A stretch of 64,000 nt of DNA from Eledone cirrhosa (lineage: Eukaryota), in NCBI GenBank assembly GCA_964016885.1, contig OZ024760.1, forward strand, positions 5,332,001 through 5,396,000, given 5' to 3'. Both the position numbers and the translations under genes were made by a program. This document shows, piece after piece, positions 14,144 through 25,819 of the stretch (position 1 is the first letter of the stretch; every line of letters starts with the position of its first letter). The notes under the pieces are model-generated. The model ran no database searches. It worked only from the letters and a program-made list of their open reading frames with translations, and was not told where the DNA came from.

Positions 14144-14209
14144 TATTTTATCTGATGAAGGCATGCCATATTTTTAATATGGTATCCCCGAAATATGTAT
14201 AATGAAATA
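14144..14209 (+). ncRNA. Minimal hammerhead motif (right arm of palindrome)
   Basis: TATTTTAT-CTGATGA-stem II-GAAA-TATGTA-TA-ATGAAATA. Confidence 0.72.
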
Positions 14210-14249
14210 AATATGGTTTTATAAATATAGTTTCCATTTGTTTAATATC

Positions 14250-14294
<45 letters not shown>

Positions 14295-14345
14295 AAAATA
14301 CGGGTTAGGAGGTGAGGCTGTGGTTATTGTATATACACGCGCATA

Positions 14346-14542
14346 CGAGGGTCGGCTGTAAAGTTCAAGGCCGGCCGAGATACTTTCATGGAATGACCAC
14401 AAGAAGTTTATTTTTCAACATAGTCCCTGGAAAGAAGCAATGCAGTTATTAATAAGAAAAGCTGAAATTAATGCATGCAAGATCTCACAGCTCTAGCATC
14501 ACATCCTCATAGTTAGCCTATGAACTTTTCAGCCAACCTTCG
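14346..14542. mobile_element. Tc1/mariner-type MITE
   Basis: TA TSDs; TIRs CGAGGGTCGGCTGTAAAGTTCA / TGAACTTTTCAGCCAACCTTCG. Confidence 0.8.
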
Positions 14543-14547
14543 TATAA

Positions 14548-14620
<73 letters not shown>

Positions 14621-14742
14621 GGAGGTGAGTTTTATTGTAGTACAATAAAGCAATGCAGATATCGGATAAGAAGCACTCTACAGTTTGTAGGACTGGAGTA
14701 TACATAATATAAGATCAAAAGATGGTTAAAGGAGTTCCATGT

Positions 14743-14811
14743 ATTTTATTATGCGCATTTCAAAAACAAACATCATCATGCAATAATATTTGTGTTTTCA
14801 TCAGATAAAAC
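14743..14811 (-). ncRNA. Minimal hammerhead motif (left arm)
   Basis: Near-exact reverse complement of 14896-14964. Confidence 0.7.
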
Positions 14812-14895
14812 AGGAGAACATGATATGAACATGATATGTTGATTTAAAACTGCACTATCCACAAGTGTTTTTTAGCCTTCATATCATGTTCTCCT

Positions 14896-14964
14896 GTTTT
14901 ATCTGATGAAAACACAAATAGTATTGCATGATGATGTTTGTTTTTGAAATGCGCATAATAAAAT
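14896..14964 (+). ncRNA. Minimal hammerhead motif (right arm)
   Basis: GTTTTAT-CTGATGA-AAACACAAATA..TGTTTGTTTTT-GAAA-TGCGCA-TA-ATAAAAT; palindromic stem III ATGCGCAT. Confidence 0.72.
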
Positions 14965-15000
14965 ACATGGAACTCCTTTAACCATCTTTTGATCTTATAT

Positions 15001-15051
<51 letters not shown>

Positions 15052-15230
15052 TTCGTTTCTGAATTTGTTTAGCAAGATTCTTTATCTGAAAACGTGTGTT
15101 GAAACCGATATTGTTATACTTTGGGAGGGTCATGTTGCCAATAAGAAACACACGCACCAGTTGCTTTCACTTCAATTTATTATAAATTTCCGGTTGGTTG
15201 GTTCCACAACCGGACTGTTGTTCATATATT

Positions 15231-15273
15231 GTCAAAGTTCTTTCGTCACACATTCTGTGACCTCTTCAGTGAC
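15231..15273 (-). ncRNA. Minimal hammerhead motif in a PLE pLTR
   Basis: GTCA-CTGAAGA-GGTCACA(GAATG)TGTGAC-GAAAGAACTT-TGAC. Confidence 0.75.
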
Positions 15274-16269
15274 TGGGGATTATTTTCTTTGTTTTGTGCT
15301 CTCCTTTGTTCTGTCCTACGCCATCTTGTTTTTGTGTGCTTAGTTTGCGCATGTGTTACATCCGGGTATATGTGTGTGTTTTTATTTGTTTAATTAGTTG
15401 TCTATTTATATGTTACTAGTTAGTTGTTTATAATAAATTGAAGTGAAAGCAACTGGTGCGTGTATTTCTTATTGGCAACATGACCCCCCCCCCCCACTCC
15501 AAAGTAGAACAATATATATATTATATAATTTGACGAAGTTTCACATGAATGTTTTTATTATCGACCAGTTACGAACGTTTCACAGATTATTGGCTCACAG
15601 TCATGCATTAGTTGAGATAGAGGCAGGTTTCCCTCTATTTAACTCACCACCACCAACAACAACAACAACAACAAACACTGTTACCACTACCACCACACCC
15701 ATCACCACCACTGCCCCCCCCCTACCACCACCACAATCATAACCACACCCAACAACAACCACTACCACCACCAACAACCACTACTACCACCCCCCCCCCC
15801 CCCCCCCCCCCACCACCACAATCATAACCACACCCAACAACAACCACTACCACCACCAGCAACCACTACTACCACCACCATCATCACCACCACCACCACC
15901 CCATCACCGCCACCACTGCCATATCTAAATACAAAAGGTACACTTACCTGTAAAAGGTAATAATGATTAAGACGTCCAATATATTCATTAAATGTACAAC
16001 ATATTAACAGACCAACAGATCAACAGATGTTGACATCCAACTATCTAACTGACTAACTAACCAACAAACTAACCAACCAAGTTTTACTAACTGCTAAGTC
16101 AGCAGCAATTTGTTGTTGCTTTTTACTATTCTATTAATATTTCCTCACATTTTTGGCTGAATTATTAGGTGTTTAAGTTGTTATAACTGGTTAGGTAGGT
16201 TGTGGTGTGTTTTTTAGAGGTGTGCGTAGGGGGTTCAGCTGTAACCCCTTCCTCCGCATCCCAAACAGT

Positions 16270-16578
16270 TGACAGGAAATTTAAACATTTTTGTCAGGAA
16301 ATTAAGTCATTTTTCTGGGATATTAATTATTTTTGTGGGAAATTTAATCATTTTTGTTGGAAAATAAGTCATTTTTGTCGGATAATTAATTACATTTGTC
16401 AGACATTTAGTTATTTTTGTCGGAAAATTAACCATTTTTGTCGAAGAATTAGTCATTTTTGTTCGAGAATTAGTAATTTTTGTTGGAAAATTAGTCGTTT
16501 TTGTCGGAAAATTAGTCGTTTTTGTCGGAAAATTAATCATTTTTGTTGGAAAATTAGTCATTTTTGTCGGAAAATTAT
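16270..16578. repeat. 21-bp tandem repeat (TTTTGTCGGAAAATTAGTCAT), about 14 copies
   Basis: Direct inspection. Confidence 0.9.
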
Positions 16579-16925
16579 GAACGTCTGCTCCTTCGCCACA
16601 AAAAAAAAAAAAAAAGATAGGAACAATACGCTTATGTGTTGCGTCAAGATAGATGATAGCGAAAAGTCAGCCATTTTACCGTATCCTGTGATAAATGGCA
16701 GCTTCAGGCTGAATATCAAATTAACTATCTCAAGAGTTATGCTATAGATTTACCTGAAATACAAGGAAGTTAGTGTTGCGTTGTTTGATGTTAAGGTGAA
16801 CCTCAGAAAACTGCTAGTTAGAAATATGTGATATGTTAGGAAGCATGCAGACACGTAGACAGATAGATAGATTTGTAAGTAGGTAGGTAGATTGACAGAT
16901 GAATGTTTACATTCATTCTCTCTCA

Positions 16926-16982
<57 letters not shown>

Positions 16983-17230
16983 GAATAATCGAGTATCGAA
17001 AAATCGGCGCACGAGTTCACGATAAACAAAATTCGATATGAGCGGCAGAGTGCTCCATAATTTAGATAAATCAGAGCTATAACTATCGTATAAATGAAAA
17101 TATAGAAATTAATGAGGATAAAATCAAGACAGATTTTATCCACAGATTTTGTGAAATCCAGGGAAAAAAACAAATAGAGTCTTAACTCAGAATAAAATAA
17201 AGTTTAAATACTCATCCTTTAATCTGGAAA

Positions 17231-17274
<44 letters not shown>

Positions 17275-17340
17275 ATCACAAGGGTAAAAGTACAGAAAGT
17301 CACATACACACATATATATATATACATATATACATACACA

Positions 17341-17386
<46 letters not shown>

Positions 17387-17518
17387 CCAAATTAAAGGAT
17401 GAGTATTTAAACTTTATTTTATTCTGAGTTAAGACTCTATTTGTTTTTTTCCCTGGATTTTACAAAATCTGTGGATAAAATCTGTCTTGATTTTATCCTC
17501 ATTAATTTCTATATTTTC

Positions 17519-17559
<41 letters not shown>

Positions 17560-17711
17560 AATTCTTGAAGGACCTGTGTGGTTACTTGATAAAGTGTATT
17601 TAGAAATAAGAGGAAAGCACAAACGGGGGACATTCCCATCATCAGTTGTCTGCTGGAGATCACGGACATTTCAATGCATTAAAGACAATTATATATATAT
17701 ATTTAATAATT

Positions 17712-17782
17712 ATTTCATCTGATGAATGGGCTGGATATTTCTGTAAGGGTCGTCTAATTTCTTGAAACCTTTGGTAATGGAA
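17712..17782 (+). ncRNA. Hammerhead ribozyme motif
   Basis: TTTCAT-CTGATGA...GAAACC(TTT)GGTA-ATGGAA: GUA triplet, 3-bp stem III, stem II imperfect. Confidence 0.55.
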
Positions 17783-17929
17783 GAATTATATTGTGCAGTT
17801 TATTATGTAATTAAATAGCTCTGTACTGTACATAGAGCACTCTTCTTTCCATTACCTTTTCTACGGAAATACTTAACACACACACACATATATATATAGG
17901 GAAAGAGTCAGGACTCCGACGGCTAAGCT

Positions 17930-18420
17930 CATATATATATGAGGAATGCAGTGTCTTCAAAGACCATTGCCGTCTCTTATTGATTCTTCATTATCATCCC
18001 CATCTGCGCCCATGACTTCGTAGATGACTTTGTAGACCAGCTGTAGATCTGCATGGTTTATGACACAGGGGATAGAAGAGAGTTGTGCTTTCCACAGGAC
18101 CGGTGGTGTCACCCTGTGGGACACAATCTTTATGTATCACCATGTGTTTTTTTTAGTTCGGAACTAGTTCTAAACACACTTTGTTGCCTCTCTTTGTATA
18201 TCTCTCACGCACGTTGTTACGCCAGGTCTTTGTTGAGTGGTGTTGCAGGTGGTTATCCTTTCATGTGACTTCAGGTGATTAACATAACCAGCTTTTGAGA
18301 GGAGTACACGCTGACAGAAATTGCATGTCCAACTATTGATGACTTCTTCAAGACTGGGCACAGCCCTTCCGGAGCTGACGATTCAGTTGTTTATATTCTA
18401 GACGAAATTCATAAAAAGTT
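17930..18420 (-). mobile_element. LINE (RTE-like) 3' end encoding C2H2 zinc fingers
   Basis: CNFCQRVLLSKAGYVNHLKSH and CRSTAGLQSHLRSH, frame-broken; ends in (AT)n. Confidence 0.6.
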
Positions 18421-19472
18421 ATATATACATATTCATACATACATATATATGACAGTCGATTGTCTTTCGTCAAATCGGACCGAGGAAACAATGTTTCCAT
18501 TGGTCTTTCCAATTGCTAATACTATCTATCGGTCGCAACTCCAGGTAGAAGGAACAACGTGAAATAAAGTGTCTTGCCCAAGGACATAACCCATCGCCCG
18601 GTCCAGGAATCGAACTCACAACCTCACGATTGAGAGCTCAATCCTCTTACCACTCAGCCACGCGCCTTCACATATATATGGTGTTAGTTATATAAAAAGT
18701 TATTTGGAAGAGCATTAATTTTCCTGAAATAAACTGGATGGAATGGCTCTCCTCGCCATCTTCCAGTGAAACGCCTTCTCTATTCTGTCAACCGGGGCCT
18801 CGGGACGGCCAGCGCGTGGGCTCCCATTTTCTCATAATAGTGAGAGAAGGGGAGGGCAGGAAAGACGGAGGAAGTAACAGTAGGAGTTTGGTTTTTTTGT
18901 GTTCGGTCCTGGTGTATATGTATGTTTCACATACACACACTCACACTGAGGTTATTCAAAGACATTAGCTTTCATCGTTTATATGTTTTCATGACCTACA
19001 GTTATATATATTGTTGTACGTTGAGAAGGTTATACTGTCAATATAAACACATGCATTGGCTGCATTTTGGTTTTATTATGAATAAATTTGATGACTAGCT
19101 ATCTAATTAGTATCAAATCCTAATTTCTAATGGTTCCAAACTTCGAGGTTGTCTCCCTTGCCGTTCTTGACCAGAATTGATCGTGAGGATAAGGATTCTT
19201 ACTACTCCACACTCCACATGTGTAATTTTAATTATATTATCACCAACCTTATTATATGGTTTTCATACAGAGCATGTCCCTGTGTATTTTCTCTATTCCT
19301 TCCTGCAATCATGGAAAATATATTTAGGACGACATTATCTAATGTAACTTTACATTTTTAAAATAGTAGAGTGTTATTTGAGGAAGATTTGGCTGCTATT
19401 TTTAACAAATACAAAGAACTAGTTGACACTTCATATTTCTAGCTTATTTTTACTTTAAAAAAAACTCTAGGC

Positions 19473-19661
19473 CAGGCATGTCAAACTGAGGGTTCCACGA
19501 GGGCCACATATGTGTTGTCTGAGGGTCACACACAACTAATTGCGCATATTACAACTATTTTATTTCATTTTATATTACAAAGATAAAACATGCTTGCGCT
19601 GTAAAAATCTTTGTGCGAGCCGCGGGTGCGCTTGTAAAGGGCCACATGATAGACTTGCCTG
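19473..19661. mobile_element. hAT-type MITE upstream of PGM2
   Basis: TIRs CAGGCATGTC / GACTTGCCTG; TSD CTCTAGGC / CACTAGGC (7 of 8). Confidence 0.65.
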
Positions 19662-19844
19662 CACTAGGCTGTAATTTGAGGGAGATTTAGCTGCTACTTC
19701 TAGCAGTGTCATAGCGTCTTCTTGAATAGTTCGTCTTTTATTTGATATTTCGAACAGCAGGAAAAAGGAATTCTGTCTTTGTTGCCCGTTTCCTCATCCG
19801 TACTTTTTGTTCACAATCACTCCCTTCCTCTGTATATAACATTG

Positions 19845-19967
19845 GTGAGTAGTTAGTTGTACTACTTGTACATTCTCTCCCCTCCCTTCTCCAAAGTTGA
19901 AGCCTTTATAAACACTTGTGTAGTGTGATACCGTCGTTACTTGACTTTTTTTTTTTACGCTTTTTAG
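19845..19967 (+). other. Probable 5'-UTR intron of PGM2
   Basis: TTG|GTGAGT donor at 19845, CTTGAC branch-like site, T-tract and TTTTTAG acceptor 20 nt upstream of the ATG. Confidence 0.6.
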
Positions 19968-19987
19968 TTATACCAACAATTAGCACC

Positions 19988-21799
19988 ATGGCAGTCGAGA
20001 AGAAATCAACAGGAATTACTGAACTTGACACTAAAATAGAACAATGGATGTTATGGGACAAATGTGAACGCACACGTTCCGAAATCAATGAGCTTCTACG
20101 AAACGAAAACATCGACGAACTGAAGAAATGTCTTTTAAAACGTATCAGCTTTGGAACTGCTGGTCTCCGGGCGAAGATGGGCGCCGGATTTGCCTATATG
20201 AACGATCTGATTATTATACAAGCTACCCAAGGTATACTTCGTTATTTGCAAGAAAATGACGGTGATAAATTGAAAGCGAAAGGAGTTGTAGTCGGCTACG
20301 ATGGTCGCTACAACAGTTTGAGGTTTGCACAATTAGTTGCTAGTATTTACGTTCATGCTGGTGTACCCGTTTATCTCTATTCAAGGATATGTGCCACCCC
20401 CTATGTACCTTACGCTGTTTCATACTACGGCTGTCGGTGTGGTGTTATGGTAACAGCTTCACACAACCCGAAAGAAGACAATGGCTATAAAGTTTACTGG
20501 CGCAACGGAGCACAGATAGTGTCTCCGTACGAAAAATATCTGTCTGATTCTATTGATAACAACCTGGGACCATGGAGTACATCGTGGGACACATCGATCT
20601 TAAAAGACAACCCACTCGTTAGCGATCCTTACGAGACTATATACACTGAATATAATAAAGATTTAGAGAGTCTCTGCTTTCATAAAGAACAGAATAAGAA
20701 ATCTCCGCTGAAATTCACCTACACGGCCATGCACGGGGTCGGATATCCGTATACACGCCGAGCGCTGGAGGTATTCGGATTCGGTGCGCCAGTTCCCGTT
20801 AAAGAACAAGTCGAAGCCGACCCAGATTTTCCAACTGTGAAGTACCCTAATCCGGAAGAAGGAGAAGGTGCTCTTAAGTTAGCCATGGAAACAGCTGACC
20901 AAAACGACAGTTCCATCATTTTGGCCAACGATCCTGACGCCGATCGGTTGGCTGTGGCCGAGAAAATAAACGGAAAATGGAGAATATTTACCGGTAACGA
21001 ACTTGGAGCCCTATTCGGTTGGTGGTTGACAAAATGTTACAAGGACAAGCACCCCAATGAGTCTATGTCGGATGTTTATATGCTAGCCAGTACTGTATCA
21101 TCGAAAATATTAAAAGCTATCGCCAAAAAAGAAAACTTCAATTTCGTGGAAACTCTAACGGGTTTTAAATGGATGGGTAGCGAATCTTACAAGCTGATTA
21201 ACCAGGGTAAACGTGTATTATTTGCATTCGAAGAAGCTATAGGTTTTATGTGTGGCAGTAAAGTTCTTGATAAAGATGGTGTGAGTGCAGCATCTGTGAT
21301 AGCTGAAATGTCAGCTAATGTTTACCAAGCTGGAGGTACTTTAAATAATCAGCTAGAGAAAGTTTACTCCGAATATGGCCATCATTTGTCTATCAATTCC
21401 TATTTCCTCAGTTACGATTCGTCGGCCACTGATAAAATGTTCGCGGAGCTTCGAAACTACCAAGGGACGGGGACTTATCCGAAGAGCTGTGGCCCCTATG
21501 CTATCAGTGATATACGTGATTTAACAGAGGGTTACGACAGTAGCACTAAAGACGGGCTTCCTCTGTTGCCAACCAGTAAGTCAAGCCATCTCATTACTTT
21601 CACATTTCAATGCGGTTGTATAGCCACACTAAGGACCAGCGGTACAGAACCGAAAATCAAATACTACACAGAACATTGCCCCAATCCTGACAGGGGCCTT
21701 GAAAAGTCCGCTGTGATGGGTGAACTACAAGATATCGTCAAATGTATTGAAAAGCACTTTTATCAACCTGAAATATACGGTTTTGTTGCTCGCACTTGA
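19988..21799 (+). CDS. PGM2: Phosphoglucomutase-2 / phosphopentomutase (PGM2/PGM2L1 family), 603 aa, single coding exon
   Basis: Strong Kozak context GCACCATGG; motifs FGTAGLR, GYDGR, TASHNP (catalytic phosphoserine), DPDADR (metal loop), FEEAIG (sugar loop), RTSGTEPKIKYY; uninterrupted ORF. Confidence 0.95.
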   Translation: MAVEKKSTGITELDTKIEQWMLWDKCERTRSEINELLRNENIDELKKCLLKRISFGTAGLRAKMGAGFAYMNDLIIIQATQGILRYLQENDGDKLKAKGVVVGYDGRYNSLRFAQLVASIYVHAGVPVYLYSRICATPYVPYAVSYYGCRCGVMVTASHNPKEDNGYKVYWRNGAQIVSPYEKYLSDSIDNNLGPWSTSWDTSILKDNPLVSDPYETIYTEYNKDLESLCFHKEQNKKSPLKFTYTAMHGVGYPYTRRALEVFGFGAPVPVKEQVEADPDFPTVKYPNPEEGEGALKLAMETADQNDSSIILANDPDADRLAVAEKINGKWRIFTGNELGALFGWWLTKCYKDKHPNESMSDVYMLASTVSSKILKAIAKKENFNFVETLTGFKWMGSESYKLINQGKRVLFAFEEAIGFMCGSKVLDKDGVSAASVIAEMSANVYQAGGTLNNQLEKVYSEYGHHLSINSYFLSYDSSATDKMFAELRNYQGTGTYPKSCGPYAISDIRDLTEGYDSSTKDGLPLLPTSKSSHLITFTFQCGCIATLRTSGTEPKIKYYTEHCPNPDRGLEKSAVMGELQDIVKCIEKHFYQPEIYGFVART

Positions 21800-21823
21800 A
21801 CCCACAAATATCTGTGTGTATAT

Positions 21824-21959
21824 CAGTGGCTGATTAAGTAAGGGGTCTCACAACATTTAAAGGGCCCACGATCTTTTTTTTTTTTTTCTACAATAATTGA
21901 GACAATGGCCCGATGAAATTTTCAACTCGAGGTCCCATACAAGTTTAATCTGCCTCCGG
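21824..21959. mobile_element. Degenerate MITE (Harbinger-like) in the PGM2 3' UTR
   Basis: CAGTGGCTGATTAA ... TTAATCTGCCTCCG imperfect TIRs. Confidence 0.4.
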
Positions 21960-22509
21960 TGCACACACACACATAGACACATACATGCGATTTTTTGATG
22001 TAGTGGAAATTACTGCTCACCAAAAACTATTTGAAACTCTTTTTTTTTCGTTCTTTTTACAACATGTAAAAATCATGTTTATTGATTAAGCGAGTTCGTG
22101 TTGTCCAAGCTTCGCTGATAAGGTCTTATAAAATTGAAACGTCTGACACTCTCCTCGCTAACGAAAATCGGATTTTTTTTTTTTTTTGTGTTTTATATTT
22201 TTGAAGCATGACAATTAAAATTTTTTAAATTATTTCGTAATTTAATGAAATTATCTTCCAAATTATCTTCCATTTTCTTTCTGCTTCATTGACGTTTTAT
22301 TATTATTTTTTTTATTTTCTTTCTCTAATCTAAAGTAAATTTCAACAGATAAAGAAATCTATTTTTTTGGTTAACCCATTTAGTCCTTCCATACTTTATT
22401 GCCTCAGTCCATGCCATTTGCTTATTTGAGTTATTTCCCTTAGCTCAGTTGTTTTTTTAACATAGTTGAAATATTTATAGACATTGTGTATTGTGGGTTT
22501 ACCTCTTTG

Positions 22510-22880
22510 TGTGTATGTATGTATATATATATATATATATGTGGTGTGTGTGTGTATATATATATGTGTATATATATGCATATATATGTGTGTATTTGTA
22601 TATATATATATATGTTTGTGTATATATATATGTGTGTATGTATATATGTTTGTGTATATATATATATATATGTTTGTGTGTGTATATGTGTGTGTGTGTA
22701 TATATATATGTTTGTGTATATATATATGTGTGTGTATGTATATATATATGTTTGTGTATATATATATGTGTGTGTATGTATATTTATATGTTTGTGTATA
22801 TATATATATATGTGTGTATGTATATTTATATGTTTGTGTATATATATATATATATGTGTGTATATATATATATATGTTTG

Positions 22881-22928
<48 letters not shown>

Positions 22929-22955
22929 ATGTATGTATATATATATATATATATG
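22510..22955. repeat. (TA)n/(TG)n compound microsatellite
   Basis: Direct inspection. Confidence 0.95.
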
Positions 22956-22959
22956 TATC

Positions 22960-23400
22960 CCAGTACAACCTGTCTCATGGTCGGGTCGTTGGTGACTAAA
23001 CTGGCAACCCCACCAAGGTTTCTTGGTGAGGAGGGGTGACTTTGGACATCCTGCAGGACTAAAAACAAAACCTGTCAAAGGGCAAAGGAGCTCTTAAGAG
23101 TCAATGGCCATCCAAAATCACCGGGAGAGATGACCCCTTAGCCTTTGTCAAGGCAGAATTCTAGGAGAAGGAAAACTCTGATATAACACCTGCAACTCTG
23201 ATGGTATCCAATGATGTTGACTTGTTCTTCTTTTTGGTAAATATCATCTTGGTTAAGAGAGTGGGACTGGCTTTGTGCAGTGCCTTTGCTCACTATAAAA
23301 GCTTCACGGCACAGGCATTGCTTTATATCTGGAGATCTCTCTGCACTTGTCGTCACATGGTACCATGGGCCCAGCACTATGTGTCAATAATTGTCACAAG
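22960..23400 (+). mobile_element. Probable LINE (RTE-like) 5'-UTR fragment; a diverged inverted copy lies at about 8870-9067
   Basis: Two dispersed homologous copies in the window; the class assignment is inferred from resemblance only. Confidence 0.45.
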
Positions 23401-23529
23401 TGTAGTGTTTGTACCAGAGTTTTCAAGTCGCTGGCTGGACTAAAAAGTCACACTCGTTCAGCGCATCGGTAGGGGTTCTCCTACATGGATATAAAGTAGT
23501 GGCCGTACTCAAAAACGAGTTGGCAGCCA

Positions 23530-23563
<34 letters not shown>

Positions 23564-23649
23564 CATTTTTATATTAAATTTGTTGTTTGCACTCTACTAA
23601 TGTATTGAGTGCCTTACTTACTGTGGTTACCCCCATTGAACCCAGGACT

Positions 23650-23683
<34 letters not shown>

Positions 23684-23779
23684 CCCCCCCACACACACAT
23701 ACTGTTTACACAATGTAAGCTCATTTATAAGCCACACCTTCCACGGAAATAAATACATTGAGAAAAATGTTGTGACTTT

Positions 23780-24470
23780 ATCTCCTGGTCCTACAGAACC
23801 TCAGAAAATGTAGTATATAGCATAAGATGTACTGAGGGACAGTGTAGAAATAAGAACACAACTTACATAGGTGAAACAGCCCGTAGCATAGAGAAAGGAT
23901 AAATGAACACTGGTGAGAACTCCAAGATGGTACTCCACCGACATGCCAAAATGGAACATAGGGGCACATTAGAGAACATAGAGATAAAAATTATATCCAC
24001 ACACAGAAAAGACGCAATGCTCCGACAAATTACAGAAGTGACAAACATAAACGAACTCCAACCAAAATTAAACAGAAAACATGAGTGGAATAGCAACATC
24101 AGAACTAGTAATTAAGGACAAGATAAAGACATACAGAGACACAAGAACCAAACTAAGAAAACAAACCAGACACAGACAGACAGAATAAGCAACCAACTAG
24201 TGACAAGTAAATAAACACACACACACAGATATAACGCATGCACAAACCAAGTACACAGCACACAAAAACAAGATGAAGATGATGTAAAAACAGAACAAAA
24301 GAGAGACAAATTAAGAAATGAGACACTGAGGAGGTCACAGAATGTGACAATAATTAAACAACCATCCAGTTATTGAACCAACCAACCGGAAATTTATAAT
24401 AAATTGAAGTGAAAACCAACAAGTGCGTGTGTTTTTATTGGCAGCATGACTCTCCCGAAGTATTACATAT
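23780..24470 (+). mobile_element. Penelope-like element 3' fragment: GIY-YIG endonuclease plus pLTR
   Basis: From 23801: SENVVYSIRCTEGQCRNKNTTYIGETARS, then a frameshift, then HRHAKMEH...LRQITEV..INELQPKLNRKHEW. It is followed by a repeat with CTGAGGA-GGTCACA shared with the hammerhead copies at about 10.7 kb and 15.2 kb. Confidence 0.82.
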
Positions 24471-25819
24471 ACATATTTATATTTATATATATCTATCTAT
24501 ATATATATATATTGATATATGCTACCTTGTAAATGTTTCCATGCAATAGGGATCATTGACTTAGTGGTAAATATTTAACACGAGAATGGTGTAATTGTAA
24601 AAAAAAAACAGTTACTGACCTATCTACCAATGCGACTTATACACGAGTATATACAGTATATTGTGCAATGTGTCTTGGTATTACTCTATTATGTGTTCCA
24701 GTCAAGTGGCTGAGGCCATGCTGGGGCACCGCCATTAAAGTAATGAGGTTCCACCGAGACATCAACTCAGACCGCTGGATTCAAAGTCCAGTGTATATGT
24801 GTTAATATGTTTGGATTAACGAGTACTCTCGAGTCCCAAATAATAGGTGGTGGTGTGGGGGTTGGACATTTGCTTAGAGTCTTATAAGCAGGGTAGATGG
24901 GGGTAAACGATGATGCAACAAATTAATTAAAGCACTCAACGTTATGGCAATTGCCTTGTCTTGGCATCGATAATTGGTTGATAGATCTGGGCCATCAAAA
25001 TTGGGTATCGGTGGATGTTGCGATATGGCGTAGAGTTTGAAATGTAAGATTGCGGGGAGGCCTTCTGTTGTGTGCTTTAGAGTATATATATATTTTATTT
25101 ATACACTCATGTGAGATTACTCATATATAGATATATACAACATATATACACATATATTTATATATACACACATATATATATATATATATATCACACATAT
25201 ATATATATATATTAAATATATATAGAGTGTACTCATATGTATATATAGTACTATATAGTAGAGTACACATAGAGTATATATACATATACTAGTATAATGA
25301 TATTATACATATACACTATACACATATATAGTGTATATAACAGTATAATATATAGCTATATAGTCTCATAGTATATACATATACAGTATATATAGAGTCC
25401 ATATACGAGTGTGATATATAATGAGTAAGTGTGTACATATATACTATATACACATATACACCTATATACATATACACATATTACATATCACTCATATATA
25501 CAGTATATATACAGTATACTAGTATACATACATACTGTCATATCATAGTACAGTGATAGTATACTATATATATATATATATACATATATATATACTTATA
25601 TATATATGTATATATATATGTATAGGTATATAAATCGTATATGGTGTAGTATATATATATGTGTAGTATCATATAGTATAGTGTATCACATATATAGGTA
25701 GTATACACATATATATATTTACTCACAGCTATATATATATACACACACAGTGAGTATATATCCACAGAGTATAGTAATATAATCGAGTGTACATGTATAT
25801 GCTATATATGTCTCATAGA

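Noticed and set aside
18170-18361. Host C2H2 zinc-finger gene
   Set aside because: Frame-broken, preceded by a LINE-like C-terminal segment and ending in an (AT)n tail; treated as a retroelement fragment.
18376-18415. CTGACGA...GAAA hammerhead-like text
   Set aside because: No convincing stems; it lies antisense within LINE coding sequence.
19916-19987. TTG start giving a 627-aa PGM2
   Set aside because: The extension runs through a polypyrimidine tract and splice acceptor; the ATG at 19988 has a strong Kozak context.
19988-21799. Bacterial horizontal transfer or contamination as the reason PGM2 lacks introns
   Set aside because: The protein looks like animal PGM2 (WDK N-terminus, GFAYMNDL, FAFEEAIGFM), has a Kozak context and a UTR intron, and sits among host repeats. 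A phylogeny would settle it.
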